NCBI GenBank assembly: GCA_037143195.1
Contig: JBAWZD010000002.1
Location: 3,206-67,205 of the forward strand
Direction: 5' to 3'
DNA length: 64,000 nt
Source of the DNA: a bacterium
GTDB taxonomy: Bacteria > Patescibacteriota > Minisyncoccia > Phycocordibacterales > UBA9973
In this document: piece by piece, positions 50,207 through 58,870 of the stretch
Layout of the letters: every line of letters begins with the position of its first letter
Numbering within the stretch: position 1 is the first letter of the stretch
Made by a program: the position numbers and the translations under genes
The notes under the pieces: generated by a model
The model's database searches: none
What the model was told of the DNA's origin: nothing
Seen by the model: the letters and a program-made list of their open reading frames with translations, nothing else

Positions 50207-52360
50207 TTACACTTTTGGAACCTCAACAGGCTTCGGAAAGAAATCAGGTTTGATTGCCTTGATCGAAAGTGAGATACGTCCACGCTCAGCATCGACGGCG
50301 ACAACTTTGACTGGAACTTTCATTCCCTCTTTTACAAGATCAGTAACTTTGTTTACGCGCCACGGAGCAAGTTCTGAAATATGAACGAGTCCGTCAGTCG
50401 TTGAACTTATTTTCACAATCGCACCAACTTCAATTATTTTTACAACTTCACCTTCCATCGTTTCTCCAACTTTATATTCGTGGGTCATTTCCTGAACGAT
50501 GACGAGGGCTTTGTCGGCTGCTCCATTTTTTCCGGTGACATACACAGTTCCGTCATCTTCGATTGTAATTTCTGCGCCCGTTTTTTCGCGAATAGCGTTG
50601 ATTGTTTTTCCGCCACTTCCAATCACTCCACCAATTTGGTCGGGACGAATTTTTGTAACCAAAATTTTTGGAGCACTTGGGGAGATGTCACTTCTTGGAG
50701 CACTAATTTCTTTTTCAATAACATCAAGAATTTCGAGTCGTGCTTTGCGAGCTTGGGTCATCGCTTCTTTCAAAGCTTGTACTGGTACTCCACCAACTTT
50801 GATATCGAGTTGAATCGCAGTGATGCCTTCGCGAGTTCCCGCAACTTTGAAATCCATATCACCGTAGTGATCTTCTGGTCCTTGAATGTCAGTCAAGATT
50901 TTGTACTCACTCTGATTTCCTACATTTAAAATGAGACCCATCGCGATTCCGGCAACCGGTCGAAGAATCGGTACTCCACCATCCATAAGTGCAAGTGATG
51001 ATGCACAGATAGATGCTTGTGATGTTGATCCATTTGAAGCCATTGATTCAGACACGATGCGAATCGTGTACGGGAATGTCATCTTGTCGGGAATGATTGG
51101 TACGAGCGCTTTCTCAGCAAGAAATCCGTGCCCCATTTCACGACGATTGATTCCGCCGACACGGCCAGTCTCTCCTGCAGAATATGGTGGAAAATTGTAG
51201 TGATGCGTGAAGCGCTTCGTTCCGCGAATCTCCATGCCTTCGATGACCGTTGCGTCTTCTGGTCCACCAAGTGTGAGTACAGAGAGCACGTGTGTTTCTC
51301 CGCGGTAGAAAATTCCCGTGCCGTGAAGAACGGTTGAGAAATTACCTGCTTGTGCAAAGAGTGGACGGACTTGGTCGAAGGCACGTCCATCAGCGCGACG
51401 GTTTTCTTTGAGCGCCTTCTCATGTACGAGATCGTCGAGTGCTGATTCGAGATAATCCTTCGCCATTGAAATCGTCTCTTCGTTTTCAGCAAATTTTTCT
51501 GCAATGAGTGCGTTCCACTCGTCTTCAAGTTCGTGAAATCGCGCCTTCCCCATTTCAGGCTTGTCTCCTGCATTCAAAAAAATGGCATCTGTTTTTTTGC
51601 CAACAGTCTCGTTGAAAAGCGCGATGACTTCAGCTGGCATTGCGGGCGCAGGCATATTCATTTTTTGTTTGCCAATCTCTGAAACGATACTTTTCTGCCA
51701 TGCTTCGAGCGTCGCGATTGCAGGCATTGCCATATCGAGTGCTCCGCCCATTTTGGCTTCGTCGTATTCATACGACATTGCTTCGATCATCACGACGTTG
51801 CCATCTTTGCCACACACAGTGAGATCAAGTTCGTAATTCGACTCACCCGTGTTTGGAATGTATTGATCAAGACCAATCGATCCACCAGTTTTGTTGCGAC
51901 CAACGTGCACTGCACCAACGGGGCCACCCCATGGAATATCAGATGTGGCGAGTGCGAGCGAGGCAGCGTTGACTCCAAGTACCCCTGGGTCAGCTTGTCC
52001 GACGGCGAGTACGGTCACGATGACTTGCACAGCATTTTTGATGTGATGTGCGAAGAGTGGACGAATCGTGCGGTCGATAATACGCGCGGAGAGGATAGCC
52101 TCATCACTTGGGCGACCTTCGCGTTTGTTGTACTGACCTCCAAGAATGAGACCTGAGGCATAAAACTTCTCCATGTACTCGACAGTGAGATTGAAGAACC
52201 CACGATTGTCTTTCCCGTCTTTTGAAATACACGCAGTGGCAAGAACGATTGTTCCATCACATTTCAAAATGACGGATCCATTGGCCTGATCGACGAGGTC
52301 TGAAAAAACAGCGGTAATAGTTTTACCACCGACGACGACTGAATATTCTTTCGAATGCAT
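50207..52360 (-). CDS. pnp: Polyribonucleotide nucleotidyltransferase
   Basis: REGRPS, IDRTIRPLF, HYNFPPYS, SNGSTSQAS, DHYGDMDFKVAGT, KH and S1 domains. Confidence 0.98.
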   Translation of the reverse strand: MHSKEYSVVVGGKTITAVFSDLVDQANGSVILKCDGTIVLATACISKDGKDNRGFFNLTVEYMEKFYASGLILGGQYNKREGRPSDEAILSARIIDRTIRPLFAHHIKNAVQVIVTVLAVGQADPGVLGVNAASLALATSDIPWGGPVGAVHVGRNKTGGSIGLDQYIPNTGESNYELDLTVCGKDGNVVMIEAMSYEYDEAKMGGALDMAMPAIATLEAWQKSIVSEIGKQKMNMPAPAMPAEVIALFNETVGKKTDAIFLNAGDKPEMGKARFHELEDEWNALIAEKFAENEETISMAKDYLESALDDLVHEKALKENRRADGRAFDQVRPLFAQAGNFSTVLHGTGIFYRGETHVLSVLTLGGPEDATVIEGMEIRGTKRFTHHYNFPPYSAGETGRVGGINRREMGHGFLAEKALVPIIPDKMTFPYTIRIVSESMASNGSTSQASICASSLALMDGGVPILRPVAGIAMGLILNVGNQSEYKILTDIQGPEDHYGDMDFKVAGTREGITAIQLDIKVGGVPVQALKEAMTQARKARLEILDVIEKEISAPRSDISPSAPKILVTKIRPDQIGGVIGSGGKTINAIREKTGAEITIEDDGTVYVTGKNGAADKALVIVQEMTHEYKVGETMEGEVVKIIEVGAIVKISSTTDGLVHISELAPWRVNKVTDLVKEGMKVPVKVVAVDAERGRISLSIKAIKPDFFPKPVEVPKV

Positions 52361-52496
52361 ACTATATATAGGTGCCAGTACCGAGACCGTAAAATTGCCA
52401 ATTATGCATGCAATTCTATACGTCTCGGGGCTCGCAATTAATGATTAATACTCCAAATGCGATTCTACTCTTTTGTGGCAAAAAGAAAAGTCCGTT

Positions 52497-52636
52497 TGTG
52501 TGCGGAAGGAACCCTCCTTTTTGCAGTCGAGGACTGACCGAGCGAGCGGTTCGGGAGCGTAGTGCATACACCACAAAAATCAATTACGCGAGCAAGATTT
52601 CGCAGACAAGAAAAGGAGGCGTTACTTCCGTACACA
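52497..52636 (+). repeat. Hairpin element copy A: 88-nt core (52523-52610) within ~26-bp inverted arms
   Basis: Arms TGTGTGCGGAAGGAACCCTCCTTTT / AAAAGGAGGCGTTACTTCCGTACACA; core matches the reverse complement of 53628-53715 at 83/88. Confidence 0.88.
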
Positions 52637-52643
52637 GGGTTAC

Positions 52644-53165
52644 TTATCTTCGTCCACCACTGCGCATGAGGTATTTGTTTGGATTTTCGGAGAGATCGAG
52701 GAAATCGTCACAGACCTCTTTGAGTTTCATTGAGGAGGATTTTCCGAATGCGACGACTTCGACTTGCGTTCCACCATTCATCTGAAGATATTCGACGAGT
52801 GGAATGAAGTCTCCATCCCCTGAGGCAATGATAACAGTATCGACTTTGTGTGCCATCTTGATTGCATCAACGGCCAGACCGACGTCCCAGTCAGCTTTTT
52901 TCGCTCCACTTGAAAACACCTGAAGATCTTTAGTCTTGGTTTCGATACCGATTTTGGTGAGTGCATCAAAGAATGCTTTTTCATCCCCTGCCTCACTTGT
53001 GATGACGTACGCGATTGCGCGGATGAGTTTGCGACCGGCAAGTGCGTCTTTCAAAACTCCGGCGAAATTAACATATGATTTATACAGATTGCGGGCACTA
53101 TGATACAAATTCTGCGTGTCGATAAAAATGGCGACGCGCTGGTCTGGGTGTTTTACGATACTCAT
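52644..53165 (-). CDS. NYN domain protein (LabA/DUF88, PIN-like fold)
   Basis: IFIDTQNLY, KKADWDVGLAVD, ASGDGDF. Confidence 0.92.
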   Translation of the reverse strand: MSIVKHPDQRVAIFIDTQNLYHSARNLYKSYVNFAGVLKDALAGRKLIRAIAYVITSEAGDEKAFFDALTKIGIETKTKDLQVFSSGAKKADWDVGLAVDAIKMAHKVDTVIIASGDGDFIPLVEYLQMNGGTQVEVVAFGKSSSMKLKEVCDDFLDLSENPNKYLMRSGGRR

Positions 53166-53255
53166 ACAAAATACTTCCTGCTTATTATTAAAAAATACAA
53201 ACGACTTTTAAAAAGGTGAACGTGCTTAGTGTAACACAAAAAATGAGCACCCAAA

Positions 53256-53283
53256 CAAAAATCCGGCGCGAGCCGGATTTTTG
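53256..53283 (-). terminator. rpsO terminator
   Basis: CAAAAATCCGGC-GCGA-GCCGGATTTTTG. Confidence 0.75.
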
Positions 53284-53547
53284 TTACTTAAGTTCGAGTT
53301 TCTTTACGACAGTTTCGTAACGAGACTTGTTCTTTCGTTCGAGGTATTTAAGGTGTGTTCGGCGATCTGCAACCATCTTGAGGAGGCCACGGCGGGAATG
53401 ATTATCCTTTTTGTGTTCCTTGAGGTGTTTTGCAAGTTCGTCAATGCGTGTGGACAAAATCGCGACCTGAACCTCTGGTGAACCAGTGTCCTTATCGTGA
53501 ATTTGGTGCTTTTTGACGACCGCCTGCTTCTTTTTTGTCTTTAACAT
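53284..53547 (-). CDS. rpsO: 30S ribosomal protein S15
   Basis: [27 protein letters not shown]. Confidence 0.97.
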   Translation of the reverse strand: MLKTKKKQAVVKKHQIHDKDTGSPEVQVAILSTRIDELAKHLKEHKKDNHSRRGLLKMVADRRTHLKYLERKNKSRYETVVKKLELK

Positions 53548-53592
53548 AGCTAGGGCAATAGTAGCATAGATTCTAAAATGATGCAAGTACCC

Positions 53593-53750
53593 CTCGTGTG
53601 GGGCGCGCAAGCAGGCATGTTCCCTGCCTTGTCTGCGAAATCTTGCTCGCGTAATTGATTTTTGTGGTATACACGCTACGCTTCCGAACCGCTCGCTCGG
53701 TCAGTCCTCGACTGCGGCAGGGAAATACCTGCTTGCACACCCCACACGAG
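53593..53750 (-). repeat. Hairpin element copy B: same 88-nt core (53628-53715, inverted) within different ~35-bp arms
   Basis: Arms CTCGTGTGGGGCGCGCAAGCAGGCATGTTCCCTGCC / GGCAGGGAAATACCTGCTTGCACACCCCACACGAG. Confidence 0.88.
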
Positions 53751-53795
53751 TGAGACTTATTATTTTGCGACATATGTTTGGTATACTATATATAC

Positions 53796-54746
53796 ATGAG
53801 TAACGAGATTGAACGACTGAAACGAGAATTTCTCGAATACATGGAGATCGAACGAGGTTCAAGCCTCAAGACTGTTGGTAATTACGACCGATATCTTACT
53901 CGTCTGATTACTTTTTCGAAACTTACTTCTCCAAAAGATATTACCGATGACGCTCTCCGTGAATTTCGTCTCCACCTCAATCGCTCCCCTGGTGTTGCAG
54001 TCAAAGGACAGTCGCGTAGCACGATGAAAAAAAATAGCCAAAACTATCATCTCATCGCCACACGCAGATTTTTGAAATATCTCATGAAGCGCGGAATTAC
54101 TGCGCTCTCCCCTGACCGCATCGAGCTCGCAAAAGTTGGAGGGAGACAGCTCGACCTCATGTCGAGTACAGAGTTGAAACGTTTGCTCGATGCCCCGCTC
54201 CAAGAAACGGATTCCCAAAAGAATGTTTCTGCGCTTCGTGACAAGGCGATACTAGAACTATTTTTTTCGACGGGACTTCGTCTTGCGGAATTGTGCTCAC
54301 TCAATCGCGATCTTGATTTGTCAAAAGACGAATTCTCAATTCGTGGAAAGGGAGAAAAGGTACGTGTCGTTTTTTTGTCTGAGAGCGCAAAGAGTGCGAT
54401 CAAGGCATATCTCGCCTTGCGCAAAGATATGGATGAACCAATGTTCGTACAGTTTTCTCGAAACAAGAGTGCGTCTGAAGGAAATCGCAATGAATCCGCG
54501 CGGCTAACGCCGCGCTCCATCGAGCGCCTCGTCAAAAAATATTCCATCATCGCTGGTATCTCACGCAAAGTCACTCCGCACATCTTGCGTCACAGTTTTG
54601 CGACCGATCTTCTCGAAAATGGTGCAGACATTCGCAGTGTCCAAGTGATGCTTGGTCATGCGAACATTCAGACGACACAAATATATACGCACGTGACCGA
54701 CAAACAACTCAAGGAGATTCACAAGAAATTCCACAGCAATAAGTAG
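53796..54746 (+). CDS. XerC/XerD-like tyrosine recombinase
   Basis: RDKAILELFFSTGLRLAEL, GKGEKVR, TPHILRHSFAT, LGHANIQTTQIYTHV. Confidence 0.93.
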   Translation: MSNEIERLKREFLEYMEIERGSSLKTVGNYDRYLTRLITFSKLTSPKDITDDALREFRLHLNRSPGVAVKGQSRSTMKKNSQNYHLIATRRFLKYLMKRGITALSPDRIELAKVGGRQLDLMSSTELKRLLDAPLQETDSQKNVSALRDKAILELFFSTGLRLAELCSLNRDLDLSKDEFSIRGKGEKVRVVFLSESAKSAIKAYLALRKDMDEPMFVQFSRNKSASEGNRNESARLTPRSIERLVKKYSIIAGISRKVTPHILRHSFATDLLENGADIRSVQVMLGHANIQTTQIYTHVTDKQLKEIHKKFHSNK

Positions 54747-54768
54747 CGAGGTGTAGTAAACTAGAAGC

Positions 54769-55416
54769 ATGGATTATCAGGATCAGAATACGTACTTCGC
54801 ACGCGCATACCGCACCGGTACCGATCACTGGACGCATATCCCATTTACGCGTCGTGCACACGAAATAACAGAACATATTCCAAAGGGCTCATTGATTCTT
54901 GATTTGGGTACAGGACGAGGCAAGATTATGTTTGACCTCGCGAGTCTCGGTTATCGTGTGATTGGTTTGGAAAATAATCCAGAACTCGTTGCTCGGGGCA
55001 ATAACGCAATCTTGCTTCGAGGGCAAGAAAAAGAGCTTCGTTTCTTCGAAGGTGACGCACTCGATATTCCCCTTGCGAATGATAGTTTCGACGGGCTCAT
55101 CGACATGGGACTTCTGCATCACATTTCTCCTGAAGATTATATGAAGTATGTGGATGAAACAACGCGCGTTTTAAAAACAGGCGGATATTTTTTCCTTGCA
55201 GTGCTATCAAAAAATACCCCTGCGTTTTACTCATGGCGCCCTGTCGCGGACACAAAAAGTGATTATGAATTTGAAGGAGTAAAATATCATTTCTTTTCCG
55301 ATGAGGAATTGAAAGGTCTTTTTGAAAAGAATTTTGAAATTGTCGATTTCGCGCACGATTTGCCGTACGGACCAAAAGATGCAATATATAGTGTATTGCT
55401 TCTCAAAAAACGATGA
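54769..55416 (+). CDS. Class I SAM-dependent methyltransferase
   Basis: ILDLGTGRG, GDALDIP, DMGLLHH, VLKTGG. Confidence 0.9.
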   Translation: MDYQDQNTYFARAYRTGTDHWTHIPFTRRAHEITEHIPKGSLILDLGTGRGKIMFDLASLGYRVIGLENNPELVARGNNAILLRGQEKELRFFEGDALDIPLANDSFDGLIDMGLLHHISPEDYMKYVDETTRVLKTGGYFFLAVLSKNTPAFYSWRPVADTKSDYEFEGVKYHFFSDEELKGLFEKNFEIVDFAHDLPYGPKDAIYSVLLLKKR

Positions 55417-56180
55417 AAATACTTTCTTGGAATACAAACGGACTTCGCGCTACATTGCGGGACAATCTCTTTTTTCCTCTGTTTGAAAAAGAACAACCAG
55501 ATATTCTTGCCCTTCAAGAGACGAAGTGTGACCCATCGCAACTACCAATCGAGGCCGTGAATGTGAGCGGGTATCATTCATATTTTGCAGTTTCAACATA
55601 CAAAAAGGGTTATAGTGGTGTCGCTGTATATACAAAAGAAGAGCCACTCAAAGTAGAGTACGGTCTCGGTATCCCTCGCTTCGACGAACAAGGTCGCACG
55701 CTCGTACTTCATTTTAAAGATTTCGTTTTTATCAATTGTTATTTTCCGAACGGCGGAGGGGCTCCAGAAAAATTACAGTATAAACTCGATTTTTATGATG
55801 CATTTTTGAGTTTTACGCAGGAGCTCGCAAAGAAAATGCCCGTGCTTGTGACGGGTGATGTGAATGTTGCACATGAAGAGATTGATCTCGCTCGACCAAA
55901 AGAAAATAGCACGCACGTCGGCTTCTTGCCGGTCGAGCGCGCATGGCTCGACGAATTCCTTGCTCAAGGATTCACGGATGTCTTTCGTCACTTCTACCCG
56001 ACCAAAACGGATGCGTATACATATTGGGATCAATTCACCCATGCGCGCGAACGCAACGTCGGTTGGCGTATCGACTACTTTCTCGCCTCTCAAAAACTTA
56101 TGCCCCGCGTGCAATCAACCAGCATTCTGTCCGATTGGTACGGCTCCGACCACTGTCCGATAGCAATCGTCTTAAAATAA
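55413..56180 (+). CDS. xth: Exodeoxyribonuclease III
   Basis: SWNTNGLRA, LQETK, GYSGVA, YFPNG, GDVNVAH, GWRIDYF, GSDHCP. Confidence 0.96.
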   Translation: MKILSWNTNGLRATLRDNLFFPLFEKEQPDILALQETKCDPSQLPIEAVNVSGYHSYFAVSTYKKGYSGVAVYTKEEPLKVEYGLGIPRFDEQGRTLVLHFKDFVFINCYFPNGGGAPEKLQYKLDFYDAFLSFTQELAKKMPVLVTGDVNVAHEEIDLARPKENSTHVGFLPVERAWLDEFLAQGFTDVFRHFYPTKTDAYTYWDQFTHARERNVGWRIDYFLASQKLMPRVQSTSILSDWYGSDHCPIAIVLK

Positions 56181-56182
56181 GA

Positions 56183-56956
56183 TTATTCTTTTTGTGTTTT
56201 CCAGAGTGTACGAAATACTTCGCGCATATTATGTGCAAGTACTGCATCTCTGATTTCAACGAGATAAAATGGTCGCTCCGATGTTTGAATCATCGTAATA
56301 TAATCCCCCGTTATCCAGAGTGTGCCGGTGAACTCATTGTCACCGTTCCAAAATCGAATTTGTCTTCGGTCTATATTTTGCGCGATCATATGTTTTTCAA
56401 TCGTTGAATCGTTTGAAAAAAGTTTTAAGTCGATTTCTTTGGGTGCGTGTTTCCAATACCAGACAATCCATTTTTTGTAGTGTTCAACAAACGTGTGGTC
56501 TTGAAATCCCCACCATGTTGTTTCATTCGTTGCCGTGAGACTCTCGTTCCATCTCGGCACTGCTTCCTTGAGATATGATTCAAGTTCTTCCTCGTCAATG
56601 TATCGGATTTTGGGAATTGAAAATGTTTTCGAACCTGGAATATTCTTGAGTGCCTCCTTCAATGAGAGAATTGTTTCCTCTTTTTTTACAAATGTCTCGC
56701 GTTCTCGTGCAATCAGTCGATCAAGCTCACTTCCCTCCCGTGGTATCCAATACGTAATTTTTTCTCCTGTACTTTCGTGGATGAGCCCCATTTTCTTCAA
56801 TTCACTACAAACACTATATACCGTTGTGCGGTTGATATGCGTGAGTCGGCTCGCGCGGGCAGTAGAAATTTTGCCCGCTTCAACGATCACTCGGTATATT
56901 TTGCTTTCCTTGTCATTGAGCTCGAGTTTCTTGAGAAGTTCATCAAACATACTCAA
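56183..56956 (-). CDS. TrmB-family transcriptional regulator
   Basis: LELNDKESKIY...INRTTVYSVCSELKKMGLI wHTH; C-terminal effector domain. Confidence 0.85.
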   Translation of the reverse strand: MSMFDELLKKLELNDKESKIYRVIVEAGKISTARASRLTHINRTTVYSVCSELKKMGLIHESTGEKITYWIPREGSELDRLIARERETFVKKEETILSLKEALKNIPGSKTFSIPKIRYIDEEELESYLKEAVPRWNESLTATNETTWWGFQDHTFVEHYKKWIVWYWKHAPKEIDLKLFSNDSTIEKHMIAQNIDRRQIRFWNGDNEFTGTLWITGDYITMIQTSERPFYLVEIRDAVLAHNMREVFRTLWKTQKE

Positions 56957-57085
56957 AGTGTAGCTTTTGTCGAAAATTTGTCAACACATTATATATTTAT
57001 TTTGTAAGCATATATATTACTCCGTATGGAATTTGTTGCGAATAGTTTGACGTATTGAGTATAAATTCAGTATAATGGTATCACT

Positions 57086-58870
57086 ATGGATGAAACAAAG
57101 ACGTGCCAGAATTGTTCGAAGCAGTTTATTGTTGATTCAGCCGACCACTCTTTTTATGAAAAAATGAAGGTTCCCTCGCCCACGTTTTGCGCTTTGTGTC
57201 GCGCGCAGCGTCGTCTCGCATTCCGCAATGAACGAGGATTGTATAAACGTAAGTGTGACTTTTCTGGCAAAGATATATTTTCAATGTACGCATCGGACTC
57301 CCCTGTCAAAGTGTATGAACGTGATGTTTGGCTTTCGGACCAATGGGACGCACTTGATTATGGCCGTGATATCGATTGGTCTCGTCCTTTTCTTGCTCAG
57401 ATCCGCGAGCTTATGCTAGAAGTTCCGTTTAAATCGAACAATGTCATTCGTGGATCAAAGAGTGATTATTCGAACAATGCGACTGATCCGAAAAATTGCT
57501 ACCTCGTATTTAATACGACGAGTCCAGAAGATTCAATGTACGCAAATGGTGTGAACTATATTCGCGATTGTGTCGACGTCTCGCACATTTCTCGTTCAGA
57601 AACATGCTATGAAAGTTTTTGGTTACAGTCGTGTTACCGCACGCACTATTCGTCGCAGTGTGCCGATTCGTCTGACCTTTGGTTTAGCCGTGACTGCCAA
57701 GGGTGTATGAATTGTTTTGGATGCGTGAATCTTCGTAAGCAGAATTATTGTTTCTTCAACGAACAACTCTCAAAAGAAGAATACGAGCAAAAAGTCAGAG
57801 AATACCAATTGCATACTCGTGATGGACTACTTCGCGCAAAGAGCGATGCGACAGAATTTTGGAGCAAATTCCCTCTCAAGGAACATCAGGGACTCAAGAA
57901 TACTGACTGCTCTGGATCATACGTGACGAATTCAAAAAATTGTCGCGATTGTTTCCTTGTTCGCGAAGGAGAAAACCTCCGCTACTGTCAGTACCAACAA
58001 GAAACTCCAGGGACAAAAGATTGTTATGATTATAGCAACTGGGGTGACAGTGCTGAATTATTATACGAAGCGGCAAGCTGCGGGTCAGGAGTACAAAATT
58101 GTAAATTTGTGTGGCAAAACATGGAAAATACTCATGACACAGAATATTGTTTGGCCTGCACACAAGGATGTGCAGATTTGTTTGGTTGTGTTGGTTTACG
58201 CAAAAAGCAATATTGTATTTTGAACAAACAATATACCAAAGAAGAATATGAAGCACTCGTGCCCAGAATTCGTGAACACATGATGACGATGCCGTATCTC
58301 GATGCAAAGGGACGTATTTATAAGTATGGAGAATTCTTTCCAAATGAATTCAGTCCATGGGCGTACAATGAAACAGTTGCTCAAGAATATTTTCCACTTA
58401 CCAAAGAGCAAGCACTTGCCGAGGGATATCGATGGCGCGAGGCAGAAGATCGCGGGTATGTTCCAACACTCACCATTTTAAATATTCCGAACGATATTAC
58501 AGAGACCCCTGATACAGTTACAAAGGAAATCATCGAATGTGCACACAAAGGTACTTGCAATCAAAACTGCACGAAAGCATTCCGCGTTATTCCCGACGAG
58601 CTGGCCTTCTATCGCAAGATAGGAGTACCTGTTCCAACTCTCTGCCCTGCATGTCGAACGATGGAGCGTCTCAAAATGCGTCTACCAATGAGTCTCTATA
58701 AGCGAAAGTGTTCCTGCGCCGGCACTCATTCAGACAACGGCATCTATGAAAACTCCATAGCGCATAGCCACGGAGGTGTTTCATGTGAAAACCAGTTTGA
58801 GACAGGGTATGAACCGGAATTAGGAGATATTGTCTATTGTGAGTCGTGTTACCAACAGGAATCTGCCTAG
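57086..58870 (+). CDS. Cys-rich repeat protein (CPR family)
   Basis: CQNC, CALCRAQRRLAFRNER, repeated CFGCVNLR/LFGCVGLRKKQYCILNKQY, C-terminal VYCESCY. Confidence 0.9.
   Translation: MDETKTCQNCSKQFIVDSADHSFYEKMKVPSPTFCALCRAQRRLAFRNERGLYKRKCDFSGKDIFSMYASDSPVKVYERDVWLSDQWDALDYGRDIDWSRPFLAQIRELMLEVPFKSNNVIRGSKSDYSNNATDPKNCYLVFNTTSPEDSMYANGVNYIRDCVDVSHISRSETCYESFWLQSCYRTHYSSQCADSSDLWFSRDCQGCMNCFGCVNLRKQNYCFFNEQLSKEEYEQKVREYQLHTRDGLLRAKSDATEFWSKFPLKEHQGLKNTDCSGSYVTNSKNCRDCFLVREGENLRYCQYQQETPGTKDCYDYSNWGDSAELLYEAASCGSGVQNCKFVWQNMENTHDTEYCLACTQGCADLFGCVGLRKKQYCILNKQYTKEEYEALVPRIREHMMTMPYLDAKGRIYKYGEFFPNEFSPWAYNETVAQEYFPLTKEQALAEGYRWREAEDRGYVPTLTILNIPNDITETPDTVTKEIIECAHKGTCNQNCTKAFRVIPDELAFYRKIGVPVPTLCPACRTMERLKMRLPMSLYKRKCSCAGTHSDNGIYENSIAHSHGGVSCENQFETGYEPELGDIVYCESCYQQESA

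Noticed and set aside
52408-53773. ORFs 52408-52785 (+) and 53573-53773 (-) sharing the peptide [10 protein letters not shown]...[15 protein letters not shown]
   Set aside because: They are translations of the 88-nt repeat core and overlap the NYN gene or the rpsO promoter. Most core mismatches are synonymous in this frame, so coding is not fully excluded, but neither has a credible start
53796-54746. Tyrosine recombinase as a prophage or island integrase
   Set aside because: XerC/D-like size and motifs, housekeeping neighbours, no att repeat or cargo
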